NCBI GenBank assembly: GCA_012295275.1
Contig: CM022667.1
Coordinates: 12,152,001 to 12,216,000 of the forward strand
DNA: 64,000 nucleotides
Direction of reading: 5' to 3'
From: Chrysomallon squamiferum
Lineage: Eukaryota; Animalia; Mollusca
The notes beneath the pieces were generated by a model, which was not told where the DNA came from, ran no database searches, and was given only the letters and a program-made list of their open reading frames with translations. Positions 29,814 to 43,737 of this stretch are shown in pieces; positions within the stretch are counted from its first letter, which is position 1, and the number at the start of each line of letters is the position of its first letter. The translations under genes and the position numbers were made by a program.

Positions 29814-30654
29814 TGTTTGTGTGTGAATACAGTGTAAATAAGAAAGTGAAGCCTACATATTTTAAGAATCTTAAAGTGTGAAATTATTTTTTTTTTTTTT
29901 TTTTTTATTCACTTTTCTTATAAGTTTTTTTAAATTATTAATATTATGTTGACGTCTACGAGAAAAGTATAAAAATAGATTATAAAAAAAAAAACTAAAA
30001 ACAAAATAACAAAGTATCAAAATAAATAAACAAATAAAATAAATAAATAAATAAGAGGGGAAAAAAAAAAGAAAAACAAATATATAAATAAATTTTAGAC
30101 TATATTACATTCTATCATTTCATTTTTTTTTTTTTTTGAAGCTCATATGTTTTTCCTGAATGTCAAACATTTTACATTAAAAATAAATCGATGATTTACT
30201 GACACTGAATACTTTATTAAATAACCTTTGAACCGAAACCCACACGGCTGGTATAAAATCGAATGGTCTTGAAACTCAATAATAACGTTCTGGAACCTCT
30301 CTAGAAACAGTACCTGTTACTAAAGCAATATTTCACGATGTACATCAACTACTATAACATTATTCCCAGAATATGAAGGATGTTGTTGACAAATGATACA
30401 AAATTTCTTTGTGAGATTTTCAAAGATTTCAGTATCGATTGACTAACTAATGAAGAGATTATACTTAACAGACCGCTAAATCCACCAAATCTAAGTCATT
30501 ACACGATTTTCTTATATGTTGTATTGATATTTTTATTGTGTTGTGTTGTGTGCGTATATACTTAATCGTACAAATGTCCGTTAAATTTCAAATGCTTTTC
30601 TACTTAATATTAGTTTGTTATTCATTGTGTTTGTTCTGCAGTAAAATTTGAAAC

Positions 30655-30694
<40 letters not shown>

Positions 30695-31888
30695 TATTCA
30701 TTAATGGTAATAGTGATGGTATTAATAATAATCACAGTAGAAACAATAAATAACAGAAGTAGAGAAAGTGGCTGTTGTAGTTAAAGTAGTACAATCTGTG
30801 ACACAGCTGTAGTAGTGGTTATAAAACCAACATTTTCAGCAACGTTCAAGAAACAAAAAAGAAAAATTAGCGTAAATAATACGAGAAGATAACGACAACA
30901 TTTATAACTGTGAAAAAAAAAAAAAATAAAAATATATATATATATACATACACAAAACAATCGTTCCATATAATCTTATTTTAATATCGCATATATATTT
31001 TGATCACAATCTATATATTTAGTAGATTACAAAAGTTTCATTTCACATTAGTATCAATCGCAAGAACAAAGTTTATGAGTGGATCAAAATGTGGCAGCCC
31101 TCTTATTAATACACAAACCAATATAATTTATACACCAGTTCTTCAACAACTCAGTGGTAGTCTCCATCATCTCTGAGTCATGCACACAGTTTATACACGA
31201 ATATTCTATTAGGACAAGTCAGTGAATCTTCACCCGTACGCCACTGGTACAAGGTTAGTCTAAAGTGGCAGTCCTCTCCACTGCATTCTGATATACTGAT
31301 AACTATAACAAATTACACACACACCAATGTATCCTTTGATCAAACAAGCTGCAGTTTTCTTGTATTCTAAAACTGTGCAGAAACAAATATTTAAAATAAT
31401 TTTTGTTTGTTTCTGATTCCAAGCGTCATTATCGCTTATATTGTTTTTATTCATATTTTGTGCTAAGCGTTTATTTGTGGGGTTTTTTTCTTCACATTAT
31501 TATGTTCCCTGTGCGTACATAATCAGAATTCATACATTCATAAGTTAATTTAATTAGTGTTAAAGTATTAAATGATAATAATATATAACTCTTAAATATT
31601 TTTTTTTTTATCTCCGAGTCATAATATTATCAGACACATACATATGCACAGAAACACATATTATTAAAAACTCTCTTTATATCATGCCCAGAATAGAATT
31701 TGTTTCGTTACTATAATAATTATTAAACACAAAGTTATCTTATCCCGCATCAAGTTTCTTCTTTATTTAAGCGTTTCTGTCAGAGAAAGTTGAAAGTAGT
31801 GTGATTATATAAAAAAATTCAAAATAAAAATATTTAAGTAATGATGATGTTGATGATTATAACGACGCTGATGATGATGATGATGATG

Positions 31889-31949
<61 letters not shown>

Positions 31950-31952
31950 TAA

Positions 31953-31984
<32 letters not shown>

Positions 31985-33062
31985 GAAGAAAATATATAAC
32001 CGAAGTTTTAAGTATCTACTATTTTTCCCGAAAATAATTTTTGTAATTTATTTCAAATCTTTTAACAGATATATATAATTATCACACATTTCTTGCAATG
32101 AGGACAGCAGCTTTGATAAATTTTACATATTACGTTCTCATTCATAAATAATTAAATTTTTTAAATATTAGAACTAAAGAAATAAATAACCTCACTGCAA
32201 AAAAAAAAAAAAAACCCCCAAAACCCCCGAGTATATCAAAATCACGACAAAACTTGAGCCATCGCATCAAAAAAACAAAAAAAAAAAAACAAGATTTAAC
32301 TACAAGTCTCGCCTTGCGAATAACAAACATCGTCATAAACGAATCCATAAGTTTTTAAAATGGGAGGGCATTAAGTCTTTCCTTTCTTATATGTTAAACT
32401 CACAACTGACCGGCGATTTACAAATAAAATGGTTTTCTCCTTCATAACGCTAATTTGCTGACATACCCATTAACTCGAGGCAGTTTTATATTCCGTGGTG
32501 GAGGTCAAAAATCCTGTGGCAGAACAGCGAACACAAAAAGTCAATTAACTCGGCACTTGAGCGCGCACAGCGAGAAGCAACTTTAAGAGTTTTTGGTTGA
32601 GTTTTTCATACACAGTCATGCAGGTTCTATTGTGTAACGGGCATGCGAGATAATTCGCCTATGAATCTGCTTCCACGATGGACTTGGAAGAATTGCAAGA
32701 TTACGTTTTTCAATAAGAATCTTCAGTGTAAATCACCGTGGCGCCCAGAGAAAGTTCGTTTTTTTTTTTTTTTTTTTTTTTTTTGAAAAATGAGTGCGTC
32801 GTATAATTTTTAAATCATTTTTTTTTTTTTTTTTTTTTTTTTTTTGAGATTTTCGGTGATTCAGCTGCGAAAGAAAGGTTCTTCTGTTTGTCGTTTGTTA
32901 GCACAGATTTGATTTATTTATTTGTTTATTTGTTTGTTTGTTTGTTTGTTTTGGCTTGTTTCTATTCTCTGTTCACATATTTTGACTTAAGTTAACATTG
33001 TTTAAACAGTTAAAAATGAAACTATTACTTGAATAAGTCTAGAAAACTGAACTATTTATTTA

Positions 33063-33098
<36 letters not shown>

Positions 33099-33599
33099 AA
33101 ATAATTTTATGGAGTCTCTTTTTTCGTTAACTCTTATTTATTTTTTATTTTGTTTTTACTCCCAGGTTGCTCTTATAAACAAAATTCAATATTTTTATTT
33201 ACGAATGCAGATTGAGTTACATTTAACTTTAGAGAAAAAAAAACCCTGCTATAACAAACAAACAAACAAACAAACAAACAAATAAATAAATAAAGTAAGA
33301 AAAGAGAAAAGAAATGTTATCTCATAAATTTTATAAAGACAGAATAGTTTTGTTTCCACATACCATTATTAAAACTTTATATTTGAAACATGCTGTCAGT
33401 ATTGTCGTTTATGCATTCCACTTTTCAAAACATGTTCTTTTTATATATATATATAATTTATTACATACTTCTTTACGTCGTCACAGTGGTGGCTGCTGTA
33501 GCTATTATTGTAGCATCTGTTTGTATTCAATAATCCCTTACATAATTTTCATATTCTATATACCTTTAAAAAAAAAAAAAAAAAAAAAAAGTTTCAGCT

Positions 33600-33990
33600 T
33601 TTTGTATTATATACCTTTAGTAACATATACATAGTTACATAGTTTGATATTTCACATTTTATAATGTGCTATTTTTCACATTTTTCTTATTCATATTGTC
33701 TTAATATTCACATTTTATAATGTGCTGTTTTTCACATTTTCTTTTGCTCTCAAAGTTTCATTGTTTCCTCTTATCTAGTACTTAATAGTCGCATTCTTCA
33801 CTTGTTTTTATTTTCACATTTTCGAACGCTTTCATAACGTGTTAAAGTTGATAACTGTCTTGTATTTTACAATGTCTAATTTTTCACCTTTTCATTGTGC
33901 TTCAGAATATGTCATTCTTCACATTACCTTATGCTTTTACATTCACAGTCTTAAAATTCACAGTTAATTAATCGTTTTAGTCTAAATCCT
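33600..33990 (-). other. Proximal Irx 3' UTR with repeated AATGTGAA motif and a candidate AATAAA at 33807-33812
   Basis: Directly follows the stop of the IRO-box frame. The true 3' end is unknown. Confidence 0.5.
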
Positions 33991-34612
33991 TCATTCCATT
34001 GCAGGACTGGTACAAAGCTGATTTAACTGTGAATATGCTCGGCCGATATTGCTTGCGATTAGTCTACTGGGCAACGGCGTTATTCCTTGAGAGAGAGCAC
34101 TCTCCTCGCCCTTCAAACCCGTTAAACTGAAAGAACTACCCGTATACAGAGAACTCCCCGGTAGAACTCTTTCACCCCACGGTTCACCCCCTAAAGGTAG
34201 AGAGAGGTGTTTGTCTTCGGGAAATTGTCCGGAGGATGCCGAGTAGTTCCGAATGGTGGCATTGGTGTTTAGGTACCCTGTGTCGGAGGTCGCCACGCGA
34301 GCGAGAGACCAGATTTTCGGGGCAGACCGTTGGGATCGCACGAACCAGTGATGTCATTGAAACTGCCGTTTACGTCACTCAGTCCCGAGTCGTTGCTGTT
34401 TGAACACAAAGAGTCCGGGCGTTTGCCGTCTGCTGGGGGGGATACTCCCAGACCCATCCCTGCTGGCGCCGAGGGGTTTAAGGGTGACGTCACTGAAGCA
34501 TGCGCACTCTCGTTTGGTAAACTTCCTAGCAACGATCTGTTCGCCTCACCTGGGAAACTTGGTACTCGATTTCCAAGATTTGTTTCTAGTAGATGGTCTT
34601 TTGGTTTCCTTT
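33991..34612 (-). CDS. Irx: Irx terminal coding exon 5 with IRO box; apparent 1-nt frameshift near 34319-34322
   Basis: Acceptor poly-T-cag| in phase 1 opens ERKPKDHLLE..., which stops at 34269-34271. The IRO box PKIWSLARVATS (34285-34320) lies in the -1 frame, which stays open to TGA at 33991-33993. Confidence 0.85.
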
Positions 34613-37600
34613 CTGAAAAAAAAAAAAAATATAAAAATAAATAAAAATTAATACAATAAAACAAATGTATGCTGATAGTAATTCTAATAGTGGTCTATTG
34701 ATATTTTATTGCCATTCAAAATAACCAGATACAAATTATTTTATTTATTTATTTACTTTTTTTTTTTTTATTTATTTATTTATTATTATTATTATTATTA
34801 ATTCTATTATGAATGTTTTATGATTATTATGATTATTATTATTATTATTATTATTATTATTTTCATAAAAAAAGAATATTTTAAGGGAAATAATATTGTG
34901 AATTTCTCCTACAACTCACCCCATAAAGCTAAAGATAGGGATTTTTTTAAATAATTGCCAAATTGTTTCAAAAACGTTCCCAATATAACTGAAGAGTATA
35001 AAATAATATTTTTTATATAAATGATTTTCTTAATGCAATAATTAATAATGTTCAGCTGAAGTAAATGTCAAGAAAAAAAAAGAAAGACAGATATACACAA
35101 CGAACCTTGAAAACTTTAGTACAACTGTTTTGTAGGTGTTTTTTTTTTACATCTTTTATCCGTGCTAAATTATAAAATATACTGTTTTAGACAAATTGCC
35201 ACTTATCCGATTAAAAACTATATTATTCCCTACAAAACAAGATCTCAAGAATTTTCTACGCAAAGAAATAAGTTTAAGAGAAAAATAGTTTAAACAAAAA
35301 AAAAATTTTTTTTTTTTTTTTTCCTAGAAATTCACACAGAACAATTACACAGTCGGTAAACCTGCAGGTTATTTAAATTTCCGAGAACAACGAGTTTCAC
35401 AATAACGTCTGAATTTTTTTTTTTTTTTTTTTTTTGTAATACTCGGCTGTTTCAAAACCAGGAAGTATTATGAATTGATTTGCTTTAAAATGTTCAATTG
35501 TTCTTGTGTGTCTCTCCCAACCAGGCAGGAAATCTTAATGTCTCAAATGCATTGTTCATTGATGAAACCGGTGTACGTTGTTGAGAAAGTTAAGCTTTTA
35601 AATTAAGTGCTAGTGTCATTAAGAAGATTTAGAAGAAGAAGATGATTAAAAAAAAAAAAAAAAAATTAATAATAATAAAGTTCAAGCGAAGTTTAATTGT
35701 TGACAAGTTGATGTAACATGCGTCTGTGAAGTAAAAAAAAATATATTTTAAATTGTGTGTGTGTGTGTGTGTGTGCAACGAGCTTATTTTACATATTTTT
35801 ATAGTTATTGTGAATACAGTTTGGTGTGAGTCAATAATAATAATAATAAAGGATTTTATGTTACGTGATTTTATTACGTGTTTATAATAATGTGATAAAG
35901 GCATTCAGCAGCTGATTCTCTCACAACTAAATATATAACCATGCATCTTGCCTTAAACACGTATGTTTGATCATTTCGATAAATTAATACAAAGGCTGGA
36001 ACTTGAAACAGCTTTGAAAATTAAAAATTAAATAAATAATAATAAATAATTAATTAATTAATTAATTAATGAGGTCTTACTGAAATCATGTCTGTTGTTT
36101 ACATTATAATCAATATCATTTATTAATATATCTAAATTTTAAGTTTAATATCTATGGTATATTTGCTCTTAATGAAATTCATTGAAATCTTATTTCATGC
36201 ATGTCATCGCTTCATTAAATGCAAGACATCAAAATATCTGCTGCTGTTCCTCACAGCACAGGATGACTAGAAATGTGGCAGTCTTCCTAGCTGGACTGTT
36301 TCAACAGTGATATTTTCTCTGTTAATTCACTCTGACCGCTGATACGATCTTATGCGACATACAAATGAAAGTCGTCTTCGATTCTTTTTCATACTTCTAG
36401 CAGCCTGTTACTTTCTGATGTTATCCCCGATCTTAAAAGTGTCTGTCCTCTCTTCTGTAATACGATATTCTCTATTTTTATGAAACTATTCTTAACATTA
36501 AGTACGGATGCCATATTCTTTGCGTTCTAAAAATACTATGGCTTCTGATGCAATTATCAAGACTCTAAGTGGCATTCTTCTGTTTAATATTAAGGCCGTT
36601 ATATGCCACATATGATCCTTGTTGAAACGAAGAGTGGCAGACCTCTTCACAGCAGGCCAGACCCTCCTCCTACGATAACATCCCAGCTGGACAGAAAAGT
36701 GGCAGTCCTCTTTCCTTTCCCCGCACTATGGTGGCAGTCCTCTTTCCCGCACTATGGCATCGCTAGCAATACATTTTTTTTTTTTTTTTTCTTCCTTCCA
36801 CACTTTATGTTATGTCGCAAGTCATCGTCGGACAATAGAGGAAAAAGGCGCCGGTTTAATAATGTGTGAAAATCGGATTTTGCATCTCTCAAAAGCAATT
36901 ATTGTTCATTACACAAGGGAGATTTAACACAAAGGCCTCTCCGCTCGGATCGACTCTCCTGGGCATATAAACGTTCACAGTAAATTGATCAAGGGTTCGG
37001 GGTCTCTGGCGTTAACGCTTTCTCTCTGCTTGACTAAGCGATCCCTGGTGTAACATAACTCGGCGAAAATCATCGCAGGAATATGACAGGCAAAAGTTTC
37101 CAGACCGGTAATCGAGTGGCTCGGCAAAAACGGTGGAAAGTGGGAGAGACAACGTTCAGACATAACCGAGAGATAAAGGTGATTTATCGGCGAAGAGCAA
37201 ATACACAAAGTTTCTTTTGTCGCGCAATGTTGCGAGTTCACGGTTGATTTAGACGATTTTTTGTTAACCGATCACGATAAAAGTTATGCCAATAGAGCGA
37301 AGTGGCAGAAAAATCAAATCACTGAGGTTAGCCAAAAATAATGTTTGATTACTGCCGAGGTGGAGTTAATGACGTCATATTTAGAAACCGTGACGACAAA
37401 GGACGAGAACATTGCAGTGATTATTGAGATTAACCAATAATATTTTAACATTGTTATTACTACCGTTAAGGAGAAATTAAATAATGTTATAATTTACCAG
37501 ATCTGACGTCATAAAAGGAACGCTATAGTAGTAAATCTGGCAACTATATATATATATATATATACCTATTATTGGTAGTATTATAAGTAAAATATCAGTG

Positions 37601-37840
37601 TTAATAAAACAGAATAATGAATGTCACTAAGTAGGATAAATAAATAAATAATAAAGAAGAAAAAGAAGAAAATTATGCTAAATAGTGCAGTAAATATTAT
37701 AACCTATAACAGATAATAACGATACCGGATTTTATTTTTAAACTGTTCTTGATTTCTGATCAGTGAAACTTTAACTACAGAAAATAAATGAGAACGAGTT
37801 CATTAAGAGCCACAAATTTGTTGTCAAAATATTTTAATTA

Positions 37841-37871
<31 letters not shown>

Positions 37872-38210
37872 ATATTTAACTAAAATTAGTAACTTGTACA
37901 TTTTCTTCTTTTTCAGAATAACAAAGTTAAATTTAAGTAAAAATTTTAATTATAAATAAAGCAATAAATAAAAATACACACATAATTTTTTATTCGTATT
38001 TCTTATTTTTATTAAATTATTATTTTTGTTCAAAACCGCATGATTTATTGATGATTATAAATATATATATTTTTTTTTTTTTGAAAATTAAACAAAATAC
38101 TAATACATTAAAAATAGAAACGTTCAAACAGAAAAAAAAAAAAAAATTATTTTATTTTATTTAAAGTGTATTCCAGAGAAAGAGAAAATTGTTAAAGCTA
38201 TTAATAACAG

Positions 38211-38261
<51 letters not shown>

Positions 38262-39517
38262 GCTGTTACTATTATTTATTAATTGATTTATTTATTTATT
38301 ATAATCTATCAATCACTTACAACACTTTCTCGACTATATTTTAATCGTATGCAATTTTTTTTTTTTTTTTTTTTTTAAATATAACATTTTAATATATCAC
38401 ATCAAATCTCAGTGAAATCAGCACGGATTTCATTTGCTGGAAACGTGCAATTCCTGAACACGTGACGTCACGCTCACCTGTCGCTTTCATTTCGCCGGTG
38501 GGCAACAATGGCAGGTAACAGTCGGATTAATAACAGGTAAAAACCCCGGAGCCCCTAACGGGACATAATTGATGGTGCGAGAGAGGCAACGGTGACACAG
38601 GTTAACGCTGATTAATCTAAGTACCGCAGCGTTCCCTGACTTGTCAAAACGAGAGAAAGCTATTTCCTCTTTCCACCAATCTGTCTTTGTTTTCCCCTCT
38701 GTCGCTTCATGGTTGCAGTTTATTTCTATTTGTCACAGTGGTTGTTGTAGTAGTCAAGTTGTTCCTCTCAACATGTTGCTTTTTTATCTTTTTTTTTTTT
38801 GCTACGGTGGCAGCTGCTGTAGCTGTAGTTTGTGTCACGACTGTAGAAGATGTAGTAAAAATTATCCATGTTTTGCCCGCCGTCGTAGTATTTAAAGTTT
38901 TATTTCTGTTCGTACTGTTTGTTTGTGTTTCTACTGTACGGCAGTTTGTAGTAAAATTTAGATGTGTTTGTACATAATGGACGTAGTTGTAGCAGAGTTT
39001 ATCAATATCAGCACACAGCTGCAGTGTTATGTCTACACGCTTTCCCCCGTGGTTGTGGTTGCAATGACGTTTTCATAGTAGATATGACGATGGTAGCAGA
39101 AGCGGTGATGATGATGATGGTTGTAGTAGATGTCATCATGGTTGTGGTAGATGTGATGATGATGGTTATAGTAGAAGAGATATGAGACATTTTGTATTTA
39201 TACTGGTATAACGAGCTAATATTCGTAGTGTTGTGCTTCTGGATATTTTGTTAGATGAATTAGTAACAGCTGTAGTAGAATTCTGGTGGTAGTGATAATA
39301 ATGCTGTGGCCCAAAAACTGTTTGTTAGGTAAAATTTGTGTGTTTAATAAAACTAAAAGATGAAAGTATAACAAATAAATAAATAAATAACGGTAATAGT
39401 AATTTTTTTTAAATTCCCTTGTTATTAATACAACTTTTACCACTGTTATTAATACTCCCATACTGCTGTTACCGATACTACTTGCATTACTATTTCTATT
39501 ACTGTTATTATTATTAT

Positions 39518-39548
<31 letters not shown>

Positions 39549-40207
39549 TGTAGTAGTAGTAGTAGCAGCAGCAGTAGTAATATTTGATTTTCTTTTTGTG
39601 TGTGTGTCCCTCTCTTTCTCTCTATAATAAAACATTATTCCAAACTTTTTCCAAAACTCTCTCTCTCTTTCTAATAAATAAATAAAATAATAAAAAAATA
39701 AAAAAAAAACCTTCTCTGCCCAGACAGACCCCTTTACCACAAGATATCAATTTTCTAGCCTAACTTACTCCCGTCTTTCTTCAACGGTACAGACGTGAGT
39801 CGAGTTTGCGGCACTTTCCCCTGATTTACTGCGGGATTAGTCTCAACTAAGTGATTCGTACGTGAGCCGTTATGCCTACGTTAGTCAGGCTAAATATTAC
39901 GCATGTGTTTGCCACGAGCAAAAGCTGGATTTATTACATGTTTTATGCAGAGTGATGTACACAGTTAGCGGTGATGTGTGTTCGGATGAATGTGGCTAAA
40001 TCTTTATTTATTCGCTTGTCGGAGCGCTCTGAAAGAGTCAGAGGAACCGAGCGAATATTTGTAAAAAAAAAATATATAAAATAAATAAATAAATAAATAA
40101 ATAAAATAAAAAAAAAAAAAAAAAAAAAAAAAATGGTTTATGTTGTGTTTTTAGTACTGCAGAATGGCAAGATTAATGTTAAGAAATGAAATTTTTTTTT
40201 TTTTATT

Positions 40208-40257
<50 letters not shown>

Positions 40258-40597
40258 AAATAAAAATTTATGATGTATCGTCTGTTCACTGTATAAATTT
40301 TATAAACGTTGTTATTATTTGTTTTATCGTCTAGCATGTTAAAAGATATGTAATGTATAGCTTGCGTTTTAGAACATAAATTTAGTGTAAGTTGGTGTAA
40401 AATATAATTACATGTTTCGTAATGTAAAACTGTAACAGAACAGTTATGTTCTTTTTTTCTTATAATGTCATGTAAAAGTTAGTTTAAATTTATTGGTGTT
40501 TCATATTCTCAAAATTAATTGTGCGGCGTGCTTTTTTTCATCTTTTTTTCTTAGTACAATACCATAGCAAAAACACCTTCAAAAACCACAGAAAAGC

Positions 40598-40630
<33 letters not shown>

Positions 40631-42374
40631 GATTGTATAATTTACTGCGTAAAAGCAAGTGTTAAAATATTTATGTTTTTGTTTGACTTCTGATAGTGTG
40701 TTGCTTGAACTTGAAGGAGAATGAAAAGAGAATAATAATTATTCATTTGTATATTTATTACTTTTATCACGAGAGCAGGATTTTTTATATGATTACTTTC
40801 AAGATGTTTATATCTTTGTCTGTCTACTGTCTGTCTGTCTGTCTGTCTGTCTGGGTATATACTGTGTATACTTCGTGGGTGTTCTGTGTGTGTATATAAA
40901 TATTTTAAAATGATTGTGTTTAAATTTGCCGATTATGAACAATTTGTTATTTTTATCATCATCACTATTATTATTATTATGGTTGTATTATTGTTGTTGT
41001 TGTTGTTGTTGTATCTAATTAATATTTATTAATAAAATCTGAATATTCATTTTCTAATCAGCACATTTCTAAGTGCTTCAGTGCAGTTGTTTATAAAACA
41101 GTTTAAAAAGAAAGACATAAAATTTACAATTTTGAAATTAAAATTAATATTATACTCTTTTGAATAAATTTCAAATTATGTTTAGTTAGAAAATAAAACA
41201 TATTTTTAACATTTTTTTTTTAATCCACCATATTATATGCATGCTGGTTTTGTAAGTTATGTAAATTTTATATCTAATTATTACATTTATATACCTGCTC
41301 CTGTATAAATTATGCTAATTACAACATTTTCCCCTAAATCTTCATCAATTAACAGATTCTTGGAATAGTCCAAATTACATTAAGACTTCTCTCATTGCTA
41401 ATTAACATATTTATGCCAGGGATTAAAACAGTGTTATGCTTATTGGTTTACATGTAACGGATTTACTTAATGAACACGTTATTAATTAACAAATATATGC
41501 ACCTGTCTCTTATTTATTAATTAATATTTTAATACGATAGCACTATGTATTAAATTATATTCCTTTATCTAATTACTTCTTTCTTAACAATTTGATGTAT
41601 AAACAGATGAGAATTATTTGAAATGAAAAAAAAAAAATCAGTGTGTGTCTCTGTGTGTGTGTGTGTGTGTGTGTGGCAACATAACTGGCATCATATCAAA
41701 TAAATAAATAAAATAATAACAGTATCTGTGTATGCATTGTATAGATGTTTATGTATTCATATTTAATTAATAGAATGTATTGTTATGCAAAGTAAATAAA
41801 CAAACAAACATTCAGTTTATCTATCTACCTATAAATAAACTATTAAACAGTTTCTTCCTATACAAATAGCACGTTAAAAAGTTGTTTTAAAACAAAAATT
41901 AATTTGATGTACGCTGTGTTAAGGAATGTCGTTTTCTTTTTCATAAATCTTTCTCAACTTCAAATGAAAATCAAACTGTACTATCTTATAAAAAAAAGAA
42001 AGAATATATTTTAACTGTTATTTTACGTGTTTTTTTTTCTAGGAAAATAAATACTAACGTATTTCCAGTACTACTGTATTAAAAAATTGTTATTTTCTTG
42101 AGGATGAATTAAAAATAAATAAATAAACAAATAATAAATAAATAGAAAATAAATAATAAATAAATAAATAGAAAACAAATAAACGAATAAATAAACAAAT
42201 AAACAAATAAAAATAAACAAATAAACAAACAAACAAACAAACAAACAAATAAAGTTTCAGTTCCTATATACTACGTACATCTCCGTGTTTATAAAGACAC
42301 AACTTATTTAATGTGTATTTAATTTTTTTTTTCAGAATTTATGAAAAACTAATCACGTAGATACACAGAACGTC

Positions 42375-42430
42375 AGACACGCCATCGTGAGACACGCCAT
42401 CGTGAGACGTCCATCGTGAGACGTCTATCG
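42375..42430. repeat. Short 14-15 bp tandem repeat (agacacgccatcgtg), about 4 copies
   Basis: Two perfect copies followed by two variants, in intron 4. Confidence 0.85.
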
Positions 42431-43344
42431 GTTCTCGGAGGTTTCTGTCAGTCTCGGCGTTACGTTCAGTTATAGTGTTCGGAATTTCGCCTCATCCGTT
42501 TCCTCTGACAGCTCGCAATCCAACACATTGACAGGCGAGACGTGGAGAGGCCAATCCATCAAAATCCGTCAACCTGGATTGTCTCTGACACTTTTACATA
42601 CATCACAGGTGAAACATTTTACATTAATTAAAACATGTCCAGTCGGGGAGAGGGGGGTGTTTTTTTTGTAATTTTCATTTTTTTTTTTTTTTGCGAGCAT
42701 TATTCCGAAATTAGGACGTACGCGAAAATACAGTGATCGACCGTAATGTGGTCCCTTCAATCAAAGACAAATTATTTTCCTTTTTTTTTTTTTTTTTTTT
42801 TCGATCAAAATATCACAGTTTTATGATATTTTCCTATTTATGACTATTGTATTATGAAATTAGGGTAATATAATCCGTTGGGATTAACAAATGCCAACTG
42901 AAAGTTTTCGTTACGTACTAATATTACCCAGATACAAATCCAGGATTAAGCGACGAGTTAGTCACGTGATTAGCAATTAGTATTTTGATTGGTCGGAGAC
43001 GCGTAACGGTTTCAGGGCACTCACCTATAACAACATATTTTTTTTTACTTCTTTCTTGACAATGTCTAGGTGTTTTGTTACTATTTGTTTTGACAGAAAT
43101 GGATAATTATCATAGATCTCATTAATATTTATAGCCTTCGTATTTGCTTATGAATATTAAACAGGCAATAATATTATGAGAGGTGTCATTTCTCACCGCT
43201 GCCCTGTCAGCAAGTTTGATACAAGAATTTAAAACTTGTAATTGTCAAATTTATGAGATTTTCTCACCCACTGAATTTATAGATAATAAAATAAAGTCTT
43301 TTTTATGATCGTTCTAATTATTATCATTATTATTATATACTATA

Positions 43345-43680
43345 TTATAGTAGCAGCAAACTTTTGGTAATAATAGTAGCAGTAGTAGTAGTTGTTGTTG
43401 TAGAAGTAATAATAATAATGGTATAAACAGTAGTTGTAGTTGTTGTAGTTGTGTTGTTGTTGTTTATTGTAGATTTAGTAGAAGTTTTAATGGTAGAAAA
43501 AGTAGTAGTAATAGTAGCAGTAGTTTTGGACAATAGTTGTTGTAGAAGTAATAATAATAATAATAATGGTATAAACAGTAGTTGTAGTTGTTGCAGTTGT
43601 ATTGTTGTTGCTATTGTAGATTTAGTAGAAGTAATAATGGTAGAAATAGTTGCAGTAGTTTTGGACAACACTAGAAGTAA
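43345..43680. repeat. Low-complexity direct duplication with ~147 bp period at the start of intron 4
   Basis: aatggtataaacagtagttgtagttgttg and tattgtagatttagtagaagt each occur twice. Confidence 0.8.
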
Positions 43681-43737
43681 TGACAGTACAAGTGATATTG
43701 TTAGTAACACGTAACAAAATTAATAACGTAATCATAC

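Noticed and set aside
42361-42590. Possible extra Irx exon in intron 4
   Set aside because: Stops follow the candidate acceptors in the frames tested, exons 4 and 5 already join in phase, and an extra exon could not fix the internal frameshift.
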